Shown piece by piece: positions 9,607 to 19,424 of a stretch of 64,000 nucleotides of DNA. Positions within the stretch are counted from its first letter, which is position 1; each line of letters starts with the position of its first letter. A program made the position numbers and the translations under genes. The notes beneath the pieces are model-generated. The model had not been told where the DNA came from. It saw nothing but the letters and a program-made list of their open reading frames with translations, and ran no database searches. Location: assembly GCA_963793305.1 (NCBI GenBank), contig CAWBZV010000002.1, positions 544,001-608,000 of the forward strand, given 5' to 3'. The stretch is from an uncultured Gemmatimonadales bacterium (lineage in GTDB: Bacteria; Gemmatimonadota; Gemmatimonadetes; Gemmatimonadales; Gemmatimonadaceae).

Positions 9607-10443
9607 TCACTGGACGGGGAGCGAGAGGTACAACTTCCCGAGATCCGTCAGCTGGCCGGTGGCGCCGAGGAGGCTCGTGTAGTGCGGGTCGGGGCTCAGT
9701 CGGCCCGTGAACCAGGCATAGCGAAAGACGTCAGTGCGACTCTCGCAGGTCGCAACCATATCCGTCATCTGCGCTTCTTGCTTCGCCAGCGTGTTGATCT
9801 CGGCCCCGTCGTTCTGGCTGTGCCAATTCGCGAATTCGGTTACCCAGAACGGCTTCCCGTATTTCGTCAGGCGATCGAGTTGGGCGGAGAGGCCGTAGTC
9901 GTACCAGTGGAACGCGAGATAGTCAATGCGTGGTTGCCGACCATTGTTCGCGGCTTCGTATGCCGCGTAGAACGCATCGAGCCACGCCACGGGATCCTCA
10001 TAACCTGTCATGGTGCCCCACGTCATCGCCGGGCCCACGATGTCGGCGCCAGTCTGTGACGCGAGCACTTCGAACTGCGGCCACATCTGCGCTGCTTGCT
10101 GCGGCGTGACATTGGCCTGCGTCGCGATGTTTGGTTCGTTCAGCACCAGGATGTAGCCGTGCGTCTGCATCCCGGACACGGTGAAGTTGAACGTCCAGAG
10201 CATTGGCTCGAACTGCATGCCGTACTGCGTCGCGTAGTTTGCGGGAACGGCGGCGTTTGGGTACGGACTCCAGTTGTACCACCAGCTCACGCCCGGTGAG
10301 AGGGCAGCGAGGTCGGCGGGAGATGCGAGATCGTAGGCGATACCCCGCTTCGCGCTCTTGCTGAGTGTGCTGCTCGTGCTTGTGCTCGTAGCGCCGGAGC
10401 AGGCCGCCACAGCGGCGACTATCAGCAGGGCGTAGTGTTTCAT
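9607..10443 (-). CDS. GH128-like glycoside hydrolase lipoprotein (putative beta-1,3-glucanase)
   Basis: KRGIAY, WWYNWS, PMLW, NEPN acid/base, AFHWY, WVTEF nucleophile, RYAWF. Lipobox VAAC. Confidence 0.85.
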   Translation of the reverse strand: MKHYALLIVAAVAACSGATSTSTSSTLSKSAKRGIAYDLASPADLAALSPGVSWWYNWSPYPNAAVPANYATQYGMQFEPMLWTFNFTVSGMQTHGYILVLNEPNIATQANVTPQQAAQMWPQFEVLASQTGADIVGPAMTWGTMTGYEDPVAWLDAFYAAYEAANNGRQPRIDYLAFHWYDYGLSAQLDRLTKYGKPFWVTEFANWHSQNDGAEINTLAKQEAQMTDMVATCESRTDVFRYAWFTGRLSPDPHYTSLLGATGQLTDLGKLYLSLPVQ

Positions 10444-10455
10444 TAATGTTCCCAG

Positions 10456-11574
10456 ATGCCGAGTAAGAGCTCGAGTTCTCGCTGGTCATGGACGATCGGC
10501 CGGATCGCCGGTATCGATATCCAGGTCCACGCAACGTTCCTGTTACTGCTTGCCTGGATCGCCTACGCGCAATACCAGGCAGCCGGAACGGCCGCGGCAG
10601 CGTGGTCGGGCGTCGCGTTCACACTTGCGGTATTCGGCTCCGTCGTCCTTCACGAGCTCGGCCATGCGTTGACCGCGGCGCACTTTGGCGTCAAGACGCG
10701 CGCGATCCTGCTGTGGCCGCTTGGCGGCGTTGCCCAGCTCGAGCAGATCCCTGATGCACCGCGAGAAGAGTTCTTGATCGCGGCGGCCGGGCCGGCGGTC
10801 ACCGTTGTGATCGCGATCATTCTGTACATCGTCCTGCGACTCGCCGGCGTTCCACTGGATTGGCGGAACGCACTCAGTGGAACCGGACAGTCGTTCCTCG
10901 AACGCCTCTTGTGGATCAACGTGGTGCTCGCCGCGTTCAACCTCCTGCCGGCGTTTCCGATGGACGGCGGACGGATCCTGCGCTCGCTCCTCGCGATGCG
11001 CATGGATCATGGACGCGCGACGACGATCGCGGCGGCCATCGGGCAAACGTTCGCGATCGCGTTCGGCCTCATCGGGCTGTTCGTGACGGGGAATGTGTGG
11101 CTCGTGTTCATCGCGTTCTTTGTCTGGATCGCCGCGGCGAGCGAAGCGCGGGCGTCCCGCTTCAAGTCGGCGCTCGATGGCATCCCCGTGTCGCGCGTCA
11201 TGATCACCAACGTCCAAACGCTCGCGCCGCGCGATCCGCTGTCGGCCGCCGTGGATCACGTCGTGGCCGGCTTCCAACACGACTTCCCGGTGATCGACAA
11301 CGGGAAAGTGGTGGGTGTGCTCACCCGCTCCGATCTCCTGCGAGCCGTCGCTCAGGGGCGATCCGGCGCAACGGTCGGCAATGTCATGCAGACGAACTTC
11401 GCGGCCGCATCGCCGAACGACATGTTGGATGCGGCGCTCACCCGGCTGCAACAGTGCGCGTGTCAAACGCTGCCCGTGCTGCGTGACGGTCAGCTCGCCG
11501 GCGTGCTCACCATGGAGTCCATCGGCACGCTCGTGGCGTTCAGTGGTCAAACCCCTTCACCATCGTCAGCATGA
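10456..11574 (+). CDS. Site-2 protease (M50) with a CBS pair
   Basis: HELGH, NLLPAFPMDGGR, two C-terminal CBS domains. Confidence 0.93.
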   Translation: MPSKSSSSRWSWTIGRIAGIDIQVHATFLLLLAWIAYAQYQAAGTAAAAWSGVAFTLAVFGSVVLHELGHALTAAHFGVKTRAILLWPLGGVAQLEQIPDAPREEFLIAAAGPAVTVVIAIILYIVLRLAGVPLDWRNALSGTGQSFLERLLWINVVLAAFNLLPAFPMDGGRILRSLLAMRMDHGRATTIAAAIGQTFAIAFGLIGLFVTGNVWLVFIAFFVWIAAASEARASRFKSALDGIPVSRVMITNVQTLAPRDPLSAAVDHVVAGFQHDFPVIDNGKVVGVLTRSDLLRAVAQGRSGATVGNVMQTNFAAASPNDMLDAALTRLQQCACQTLPVLRDGQLAGVLTMESIGTLVAFSGQTPSPSSA

Positions 11575-12134
11575 AAGTCATCCCCATTCTCAGTCTGGCG
11601 TTACTCGCTTCCTGCGCGACGGTACAAGTGCGTACCGCGGCGGCGCCGGGCACCCAATTCTCCACCCTGCACTCGTTCATCGTGATGGCGACACCGAAGG
11701 GCCACAGGGATACTGGAGGCGAGGGTGATCAGTTCAACAGCGTAGACCCAATGCTCCAGAACTCGATCACCTACCGCGCGCTGCACAACGACCTCGTGTC
11801 GAATTTCCAGGAACGCGGCTACGTGGTCGACTCGGCCAAGCCGGACTTCGCGGTCGCGGCCTACGCCACGGCACGGCAGCGGCTCAATGTGACCGACTAC
11901 GACTACGGATACCCGTATTGGCGGCACGGGTGGTGGGGGCCGGTCGTTCCGGCCATCACGGAGTACACCGAAGGGACCGTCGTCGTCGACGTGATCAACC
12001 CGACGACGAAAGAGCTATTGTGGCGCGGCCAGGGCACCGCTTCGGTCTCGGATGATCCGCAGACGTACGCGAAGGAGTTGGCCAGAACCGTGGCGAAGAT
12101 CGTCGACCGGTTCCCGGAGGCGGCGCCTCGATAG
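11571..12134 (+). CDS. DUF4136 family lipoprotein
   Basis: Lipobox LASC and YTEGTVVVDVINPTTKELLWRG signature. Confidence 0.85.
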   Translation: MKVIPILSLALLASCATVQVRTAAAPGTQFSTLHSFIVMATPKGHRDTGGEGDQFNSVDPMLQNSITYRALHNDLVSNFQERGYVVDSAKPDFAVAAYATARQRLNVTDYDYGYPYWRHGWWGPVVPAITEYTEGTVVVDVINPTTKELLWRGQGTASVSDDPQTYAKELARTVAKIVDRFPEAAPR

Positions 12135-12162
12135 TCGCCGGGCGCGATTAGATTACCGGCCC

Positions 12163-13722
12163 ATGCGTCTTACCACTGTGGTCGCGCATGGGATCGTCGT
12201 TCGCTTTGGTGGCGTCGCCGCGCTGAGTGGCGTCGATCTCACGCTCACCGCAGGGTCGGTTCACGCGCTCTGCGGTGAGAACGGGGCCGGGAAGTCGACC
12301 CTCATGAAAGTATTGGCCGGCTCGGTGACGCCGGACGAAGGCTCGGTCGCGATCGATGGCCAACCGGTGACCTTCGGTAGCCCGCGCGATGCACTGGCGG
12401 CCGGCATTCGGATGGTGCACCAGGAGTTGAGCCTGGTGCCCGCGCTGTCCGTCACCGAGAACGTGCTGCTCGGCGCCGAGTCTCCCCGAAACACCATGCG
12501 CCAGCGGACGCTGGATGCGTTGGCGCGGATCGGCTCAGGACTCGACCCTGACGTTCGGGTCGAGACCCTGTCGCTCGCGGACCAGCAGATGGTCGAGATC
12601 GCGAAGGCGCTGGCCTCGGCCAATACCCGCGTGTTGATCCTCGACGAGCCGACGGCGATCCTCTCGCCCCGCGAGTGCGATGCCCTGTTCGCGTGCATCC
12701 AGCAACTCACGAGCCCGGGTCAAGCGAGCCCGGGTCAAGCGAGCCCGGGTCAAGCGAGCCCGGGTCAAGCGAGCTCGGGTCAAGCGAGCTCGGGTCAAGC
12801 GAGCTCGGGTCTCGCGAACTCGGGTCTCGCCGTGCTCTACTGCACGCATCGTCTGGAAGAAGTCGCCCGCGTCGCCGACACCGTAACGGTCTTGCGCGAT
12901 GGCCGCGTGATCGCATCCGGTCCGGTGGCCGAGATGCCCCGGGATGTCATCGTGCGCCACATGGTCGGTCGAGACGTTGCGCGCGCAGCGCGCACGCACA
13001 ATTCGCCCGGCCCAGTGGCGCTCGCCGTGCGCGACCTGTCGTCGGGATTCGTGCGCGAGGTGACGTTCGAAGTCCGCTACGGCGAGATCGTCGGATTCGT
13101 GGGCCTCGTCGGCGCCGGTCGCACCGAGCTCGTTCGCGCGATCATCGGCGCTGCCCCAATCGATGGCGGCGCCATGATGTTAGAAGGCCGCCCGTTTCGT
13201 GCCCGCCGGCCGGCCGACGCCATTCGCCAGGGATTCGGCTTCGTACCAGAGGACCGAAAGGGCGCTGGACTGATCATGCACGAGCGCGTGCGCGTGAACA
13301 CGACGCTGGCGCGCCTCACGTCCTTCGCGCGGTGGAGTATCGTCGATCGCCGCCGTGAGCAGCAGGTGACGCGCGAGTGGATCGACCGGCTCCACATCAA
13401 GGCGCAGTCGACCGAGATGCCGGTCGACCGCCTCTCCGGCGGGAATCAGCAAAAGGTCGTCCTGACGCGGTGGCTCCTCGGCGAGCTCAAGGTGCTGATC
13501 GTCGATGAGCCGACGCGCGGCGTCGACGTCGGCGCCCGCGCCGAGATCTACCGAATCTTGATCGAGCTCGCGCAGTCCGGTGCCGCCGTGATCGTCGTCA
13601 CGTCCGATCTGCCGGAGGCCGCCGAGCTCTGCGATCGCTTGCTCGTGATGCGAGAAGGACGGCTCGTGGGAGAATCCGACACGGCCGAGCGCGCCGGAAC
13701 GATGATGGTGGGCGGCGCGTGA
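12163..13722 (+). CDS. Sugar ABC transporter ATP-binding protein (RbsA-like, two NBDs)
   Basis: GENGAGKST Walker A, ILDEPT, LSGGNQQK, DEPTRGVDVGA. Carries an internal repeat insert. Confidence 0.92.
   Translation: MRLTTVVAHGIVVRFGGVAALSGVDLTLTAGSVHALCGENGAGKSTLMKVLAGSVTPDEGSVAIDGQPVTFGSPRDALAAGIRMVHQELSLVPALSVTENVLLGAESPRNTMRQRTLDALARIGSGLDPDVRVETLSLADQQMVEIAKALASANTRVLILDEPTAILSPRECDALFACIQQLTSPGQASPGQASPGQASPGQASSGQASSGQASSGLANSGLAVLYCTHRLEEVARVADTVTVLRDGRVIASGPVAEMPRDVIVRHMVGRDVARAARTHNSPGPVALAVRDLSSGFVREVTFEVRYGEIVGFVGLVGAGRTELVRAIIGAAPIDGGAMMLEGRPFRARRPADAIRQGFGFVPEDRKGAGLIMHERVRVNTTLARLTSFARWSIVDRRREQQVTREWIDRLHIKAQSTEMPVDRLSGGNQQKVVLTRWLLGELKVLIVDEPTRGVDVGARAEIYRILIELAQSGAAVIVVTSDLPEAAELCDRLLVMREGRLVGESDTAERAGTMMVGGA
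12710..12829 (+). repeat. 15-bp tandem repeat, 8 copies, in frame
   Basis: CGAGCCCGGGTCAAG x4, CGAGCTCGGGTCAAG x2, CGAGCTCGGGTCTCG, CGAACTCGGGTCTCG. Encodes (SPGQA)4(SSGQA)2SSGLANSGLA. Confidence 0.97.
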
Positions 13723-14588
13723 GCGCGTTCGCGTCAGCGTTCTTCTCTGTCGCCAATCTGGTCAACGTCGCGCTCTCGATCGCCATCGTCGGCGTGCTTG
13801 GCGTGGGGATGACCGCCGTGATCCTGACGGGCGGCATCGACCTCTCGGTCGGATCGGGTGTGGCCCTCGTGGGCATCGCGACCGCGCTCGCCGCGCATGC
13901 GGGCGGGTCTCTCCTCGCATTGGCTGCCGGCATCCTCCTCGGCGGCCTCGGCGGCGCGTTCGTCGGGCTGCTCGTCGCCCGGTGGCGCGTCCCTTCGTTT
14001 CTCGTGACGCTCGCCACGCTGTCGATCTACCGCGGACTCGCGTATTGGATCAGCGGTGGTCGCTCGATCGGAGAGTTCCCACCCGGTTTGACCTGGCTCG
14101 GTCAGGGCATCGTGTTTGGGCTTCCGGTGCCGGTGTGGGTCATGCTCCTTGTGTTCGCTGTCGGCTGGTTCGTTCTGACCCGCACGACGGGCGGCCGCTG
14201 GGTCTATGCTACTGGCGGAAACGAGCAAGCCGCGTGGCTCGCCGGCGTGAATACACAGCGCGTCGTATTCGCGACCTATCTCGCGAACGGTCTCCTCGTC
14301 GGTCTGGCCGGGGTCATGCTCGCCGCGCGACTGGGCGCCGGCGTACCGAACGCGGGCGTCGGATACGAGCTCGATGTGATCGCCGCCGTCGTCGTTGGAG
14401 GGACTGCCCTCGTCGGCGGACGCGGCGGGGTGATCGGGACCCTGATCGGCGCCGTGTTCATCGGAGTGCTGAACAACGCGCTCAACATCGCCAACGTCGA
14501 TCCGTACATACAGCGGATCGTCGTGGGAGTCGTCATTTTGGGCGCTGTCCTGGCCGACCAGGTCTGGCGCCGCATACTTCGCCTGTGA
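13719..14588 (+). CDS. Sugar ABC transporter permease (RbsC-like)
   Basis: GMTAVILTGGIDLSVGS, YATGGNEQAAWLAGVN, YELDVIAAVVVGGT. Confidence 0.92.
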   Translation: MSAFASAFFSVANLVNVALSIAIVGVLGVGMTAVILTGGIDLSVGSGVALVGIATALAAHAGGSLLALAAGILLGGLGGAFVGLLVARWRVPSFLVTLATLSIYRGLAYWISGGRSIGEFPPGLTWLGQGIVFGLPVPVWVMLLVFAVGWFVLTRTTGGRWVYATGGNEQAAWLAGVNTQRVVFATYLANGLLVGLAGVMLAARLGAGVPNAGVGYELDVIAAVVVGGTALVGGRGGVIGTLIGAVFIGVLNNALNIANVDPYIQRIVVGVVILGAVLADQVWRRILRL

Positions 14589-15874
14589 AAAAACTCTACT
14601 GGATTGTCGCGCTCCTCCCCGTGGGTTCCGCCGCGGCCCAGTCGCCGGTCGATTCCGGACTCGCCGCGGCCATCGCGCAGATTCGCGCGATCGATAACCA
14701 CGCGCATCCGCTACTCCCGCCCCACGCGGGCATGCCGGCCGACTCCGACTACGATGCGCTGCCCCTGGCCGCGATTCCGCCGTTTCCGCTGCCGGCCGCG
14801 TTTGCCCCCGACAACCCCCAGTACGCGGTCGCGTGGCGCACGTTGTACGGCGACTCCTCGAAACGCTCTCAGGTCATGGCCCAACATGGCGACGGTTGGC
14901 CGACGTGGGCCCTCGACCAGATGGGCACCGACATCATGCTCGCCAATCGCGTGGCCGTGGGACCCGGTCTCATGCCGCCGCGATTTCGCTGGGTCGCGTT
15001 TATCGACCCGCTGCTGTTTCCCCTGAATACCTCGTTGGAGCGGGCGGCCACCCCCGACGTGCGCTCCCTCTATCCCCACGAAGAGCGTATCCTCGGCCGA
15101 TATCTCGCCGCGTTGCACCTCAAGATGGTCCCAGCGACGCTCGACGCGTACCTGTCCACCGTGGTCGTCCCCACCCTCGATCGGGTCAAGCGCGAGGGAG
15201 CCGTGGCGATCAAATACGAGGTGGCGTACCTCCGCGGGCTCGACTTCGGCAACCCATCGCGAGCGGCCGCGGCGGCGGTATATGCGCGCTATGCGGGCGG
15301 TGGCACCCCGACGCACGCCGAGTACAAGACGCTCGAGGACTTCCTGTTTCGCGAGATCGGTCGCCAGGCCGGCAAACGCGGGCTCGCCGTGCATATCCAC
15401 TCGGCCGACATCGCCGGTGGCTTTTACAACGTGACGGGCAGCCAGCCGCTGTTGCTCGAGGGTGTATTCAACGACTCGACCCTCCGGGGCACCAGGTTTG
15501 TACTCCTCCACGGTGGCTGGCCGCAAACACGCCAGACGCTGTCGATGCTCGGAAAGCCAAACGTGTACGCCGACTTCTCGATGATGGATCAAATGTTGTC
15601 GCCGGCAGTCCTGGCGGGCGTCCTGCGCGAATGGCTCAGCGAGTATCCAGACAAAGTTTTGTTCGGTACCGACGCCTTCGCCGACCACAACGAGGATCCG
15701 GTCGGCTGGGTCGAGACCGGCTGGGTCGCCGCGCGGACGGCGCGACGTGCGTTGGGGATCGCCCTGACCGGCATGATGAACGACGGCGAGATCTCGCGCG
15801 ACCGCGCCGTCCAGATCGCACGGATGGTGATGCGCACCAACGCGGCCACGTTGTACGGGCTGCCGGCAGAATAA
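14585..15874 (+). CDS. Secreted amidohydrolase family protein
   Basis: GTG start overlapping the permease stop, signal peptide ending SAAAQ, IDNHAHP metal motif, VHIH, LLHGG, LFGTDA. Confidence 0.85.
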   Translation: MKKLYWIVALLPVGSAAAQSPVDSGLAAAIAQIRAIDNHAHPLLPPHAGMPADSDYDALPLAAIPPFPLPAAFAPDNPQYAVAWRTLYGDSSKRSQVMAQHGDGWPTWALDQMGTDIMLANRVAVGPGLMPPRFRWVAFIDPLLFPLNTSLERAATPDVRSLYPHEERILGRYLAALHLKMVPATLDAYLSTVVVPTLDRVKREGAVAIKYEVAYLRGLDFGNPSRAAAAAVYARYAGGGTPTHAEYKTLEDFLFREIGRQAGKRGLAVHIHSADIAGGFYNVTGSQPLLLEGVFNDSTLRGTRFVLLHGGWPQTRQTLSMLGKPNVYADFSMMDQMLSPAVLAGVLREWLSEYPDKVLFGTDAFADHNEDPVGWVETGWVAARTARRALGIALTGMMNDGEISRDRAVQIARMVMRTNAATLYGLPAE

Positions 15875-15949
15875 ATACTGCGTGAAATAAATTCCGAAAC
15901 ACGTGGGTAGTGTTGCGCGGCCCGGACGACGTGCTATCGTTACAAGTGC

Positions 15950-16351
15950 ATGGCTGCTGAGCCGCGAACGTTGTTGATCGTGGACGATGAGCCCGTAATC
16001 GCGCGGGGTCTGGCTGCGTTGTTGGGCCGCCGCGGGTTCAACGTATTGACGGCCATGAGCGGATCCGCCGCCAGGGAGATACTCTCCCACCAGCACGTCG
16101 ACGGCCTCTTGATCGACTACCGCGTCGCCGACCTCCGTGGCGATGTTCTCCTCGCCGGCGCGATCGCGATCCAACCGCACCTCCGCAACCACGCGGTGTT
16201 CTTGACGGGCGACATCAGCGACACCGCGCGAGACGTCATCGCGGAGACCGGGTGCCCGGTCGTCATGAAGCCGTTCGAGACGGCGGAGTTGGTGCGCGTG
16301 TTGAACGAGGTCATTGGCGAGCCGCGTGAGTCTCAGCAGGGGAGTGCCTGA
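15950..16351 (+). CDS. Single-domain response regulator
   Basis: LLIVDDEP, LIDY, FLTG, MKPF. Confidence 0.88.
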   Translation: MAAEPRTLLIVDDEPVIARGLAALLGRRGFNVLTAMSGSAAREILSHQHVDGLLIDYRVADLRGDVLLAGAIAIQPHLRNHAVFLTGDISDTARDVIAETGCPVVMKPFETAELVRVLNEVIGEPRESQQGSA

Positions 16352-17229
16352 GGTGTTCCCGCACTAGCTCTACGACGGTCTCGGGCTCCTCGATGTGTGA
16401 GAACGTACCACTCCGCTCCATCCAGACAAATCGCGCCTGTGGGGCATAGCGCGCGAACTCGATCTGATACGCGGGATAGAGCGCGCGATCATAGCGTCCC
16501 GCAAGTATCAGCGTCGGCACCGACATCGACAGCTCGGCAAGCCGCGGTCGAAAATCCGGCAGCTTGGCGACCTCTCCTCCAATAAAGAACTCAACGTCGT
16601 CCCCGACGAACACCGGGTACAACTCGGCGTTTCTCGATCCCGGTTCGCTGAGCAGCTTCTTCGCGTTGTCGGGATTGAAGAAGCGCACCAGCGGTCCATG
16701 CACGGCATACAGCGCCTGAACCCTCGGATCGGTCGAGCGAACCCCCGTCGCCCGCAGCGCCAATATTTTCTCCCACACTTCGGGAAATTGGTTTGCGATC
16801 TCGCGATTGATATTTTCGTGATTGCGCTGCCACATCTCGGGACTGTGCAGCGTGTTGGCGAGGATGAGGCGGCGTACACGATTGGGATGTGCGAGTGCAT
16901 ACGCCATGGCGACCATGCCGCCGTATGAAAACCCGTAGATGTTCAGCTGCTCGAGCCCGAGCGCCTCGCGCACGACGTTCGATGTCGGCCACGTCGCCGG
17001 CGAACGTGATGGTGCCTTGGTTGTCGGACTTTCCCCGGCCCCGATAGTCGAGATAGAGAATCCGATACTGATCGGCCAGCGCCGAGAAGTACGGGTGGAA
17101 CGTCAGATGGGAGCTCGCCGGCCCGCCGGAGAGTAACAAGAGGGGCGAGCCGCTCCCTTCACTCTCGACCCACAGTCGACCGCCGGGAATGTCAAGATAT
17201 TCCCCACTCACATGATAGTTCGGTGTCAT
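16311..17229 (-). pseudogene. Proline iminopeptidase-like alpha/beta hydrolase, frameshifted
   Basis: N-half LLLSGGPASSH...DYRGRGKS and C-half GFSYGG...GRYD...HIEEPE lie in different frames. One extra base near 16977 joins them. Probably a sequencing error. Confidence 0.75.
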
Positions 17230-17326
17230 ACCGGGCAACGTAGACGGACCGAGTTCCACGTGCGTGCCGGAGCTTGCGCCCGAATTCGCTTGGGCCTAGG
17301 ATCTCGCAACCCCCGGAGGAACAACT

Positions 17327-19366
17327 GTGGCGATACGACGTGCGTTGTGCGTGATAGCGATCGTGGCGACTCGGGTACAGGCGCAGGAGTCCCTGGCGCC
17401 GCTACGCGTGGTCGATCCGACGTACATGGATACCACCGTGAAAGCCTGTACGGATTTCTTCCAGTATTCGGTCGGCGGCTGGCTCAAGCACGACACGATT
17501 CCACCCGACTATTCGTACTCGGGAGTCGGTCGTGACATGGAGGACCGAAACGAGCTCGTGGTCCGATCCGTGCTCGAGGACGCCGCTTCGCATCGTGCGA
17601 CGGCGCCTGCAGGCAGCACCGAGCGGAAGCTCGGCACCTTCTACGCCACGTGCATGGATTCGACAGCGGCCGACGAGAGCGGCATCACGCCGCTCCAGCC
17701 GGCGCTCGATAGCATCGCGGCGGCGCGGACGTCGGCCGATCTCCTGCGACTGATCGTGGCGAATCAGGAGCGTGGCGCCAGGGTCCTGTTCAACTATGAT
17801 CCGGCCCCCGATCTGCACGACGCCGGCCGCTACATGGCGTTTCTCGGCCAGGGCGGCCTCGGGATGCCCGATCGCGATTACTACACGAACACGGGACACG
17901 AGGCTGACTCGCTCCGACAGGCGTACGTGCGGCACGTGACGAACACCCTGACGCTCGCGGGCGAGACACCGGGCGCTGCCGCGGCCGATGCGCAACACAT
18001 CATGGCGCTCGAGACCGCGCTGGCGAAGGCGTCGATGACGCGCGTGGCCCTGCGTGATCCGAAAGCGACCGATCATCCAACGTCCCTGGCCACGCTGCAC
18101 ACGACCGTGTCGGCGTTCGATTGGACCTCGTATTTCCGGACGATCGGCCTCGAGACGCCACCGGCGAAGGTCAATCTCTCGGAGCCGGCGTTCTTCAAGG
18201 AAGCCAACAGCCTGCTCGTCTCGACGCCGCTCTCAACTTGGAAACCGTATCTCCGCTATCACCTGATCCAGGCGGGCCAAAGCTGGCTCAGCACGCCATT
18301 CGTGAACGAGGATTTCGCCTACACGTCGTTGTTCACGGGCGCGAAGCAGCTCCTGCCGCGTTGGAAGCGCTGCCTCAGGGAGACCGACGGCGAGTTAGGA
18401 GAGGCGCTCGGCAAAGCGTACGTCGACAAGACCTTCCCGCCGGAAGCCAAGGCTCGGGCGAAGGAGATCATCGACGATGTGCGCGCCGCGTTTGGTGAAC
18501 GGCTGCGCAAGCTGACCTGGATGTCCGATACGACGCGGCAGAAGGCACTCTACAAGCTCGCGCAAATGCACGAGAAGGTCGGGTATCCGGACCTCTGGCG
18601 CGACTACTCGAAGCTCGAAGTGGCCGAGGGGCCGTTCGCGCTCAACGTCTTCCGCGCGAACCAATTCGAGTGGCAGCGCGTCGTCCGCCGGCCCGGGACG
18701 CCGGTCGACACGACCGAGTGGGGCATGACGGTCCCGACGGTGAACGCGTACTACAATGGCTCGAAGAACGAGATGGTGTTCCCCGCGGGAGCGCTCGAGC
18801 CGCAGACCTTCGATCCCAAGGCCGATGACGGCGCGAACTTCGGGTCGCTCGCCGGCAGCTGGGCCGGTCACGAGTTGACCCATGGGTTCGACGACGAAGG
18901 GCGGCATTTTGATGCGAAAGGCAATTTGACGGATTGGTGGACGGCGACCAATGGGGCGAAGTTCACGACGCAAGCCGACCTGATCGTCAAGCAGTTCAAC
19001 TCGTACGTCGCGGTGGACACGCTTCACGTGAACGGCAAGCTCACCGAGGGCGAGAACATCGCCGATTATGGCGGCGTCCTCACCGGATACGACGCGCTCG
19101 AGCGGGCGCTCCAGCAGCACGGACGGCCGGGGCTCATCAATGGATTCACGCCCGAGCAACGGTTTTTCCTCGGCTATGCGCAAAGCTGGCGCGGCCAGAC
19201 GCGGCCAGAGGAGATGCGCACGCGCGTCGCCACGGATCCGCACGCGCCCGAGCAGTGGCGCGTCAACGGGCCGCTCTCGAACGATCCGCTGTTCGCTCAG
19301 GCCTTTGGTTGCAAGGCCGGCGACCCCATGGTACGGTCAGCGGAGCTCGTGCCGCATATCTGGTGA
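17327..19366 (+). CDS. M13 family metallopeptidase (neprilysin/PepO-like), secreted
   Basis: CTDFFQY, VNAYY, HELTHGFDD, GENIAD. Signal peptide, GGAGG ribosome-binding site. Confidence 0.95.
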   Translation: MAIRRALCVIAIVATRVQAQESLAPLRVVDPTYMDTTVKACTDFFQYSVGGWLKHDTIPPDYSYSGVGRDMEDRNELVVRSVLEDAASHRATAPAGSTERKLGTFYATCMDSTAADESGITPLQPALDSIAAARTSADLLRLIVANQERGARVLFNYDPAPDLHDAGRYMAFLGQGGLGMPDRDYYTNTGHEADSLRQAYVRHVTNTLTLAGETPGAAAADAQHIMALETALAKASMTRVALRDPKATDHPTSLATLHTTVSAFDWTSYFRTIGLETPPAKVNLSEPAFFKEANSLLVSTPLSTWKPYLRYHLIQAGQSWLSTPFVNEDFAYTSLFTGAKQLLPRWKRCLRETDGELGEALGKAYVDKTFPPEAKARAKEIIDDVRAAFGERLRKLTWMSDTTRQKALYKLAQMHEKVGYPDLWRDYSKLEVAEGPFALNVFRANQFEWQRVVRRPGTPVDTTEWGMTVPTVNAYYNGSKNEMVFPAGALEPQTFDPKADDGANFGSLAGSWAGHELTHGFDDEGRHFDAKGNLTDWWTATNGAKFTTQADLIVKQFNSYVAVDTLHVNGKLTEGENIADYGGVLTGYDALERALQQHGRPGLINGFTPEQRFFLGYAQSWRGQTRPEEMRTRVATDPHAPEQWRVNGPLSNDPLFAQAFGCKAGDPMVRSAELVPHIW

Positions 19367-19424
19367 GCTTGACATGGGAGGCCCCTCTCGGCAACGTGAG
19401 GCAACTGAAGCCGAGAGGGGCCCC

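Noticed and set aside
12710..12829. Repeat array as a CRISPR
   Set aside because: The units are contiguous 15-mers with no spacers, lie in frame in a CDS, and no cas genes are present.
14711..16192. Long antisense or alternate-frame ORFs, here and throughout (for example 4464-5726, 22289-23866, 36338-37519, 38401-39870)
   Set aside because: Arg/Pro/Ala-rich shadows of real genes, expected at high GC, with no family motifs.
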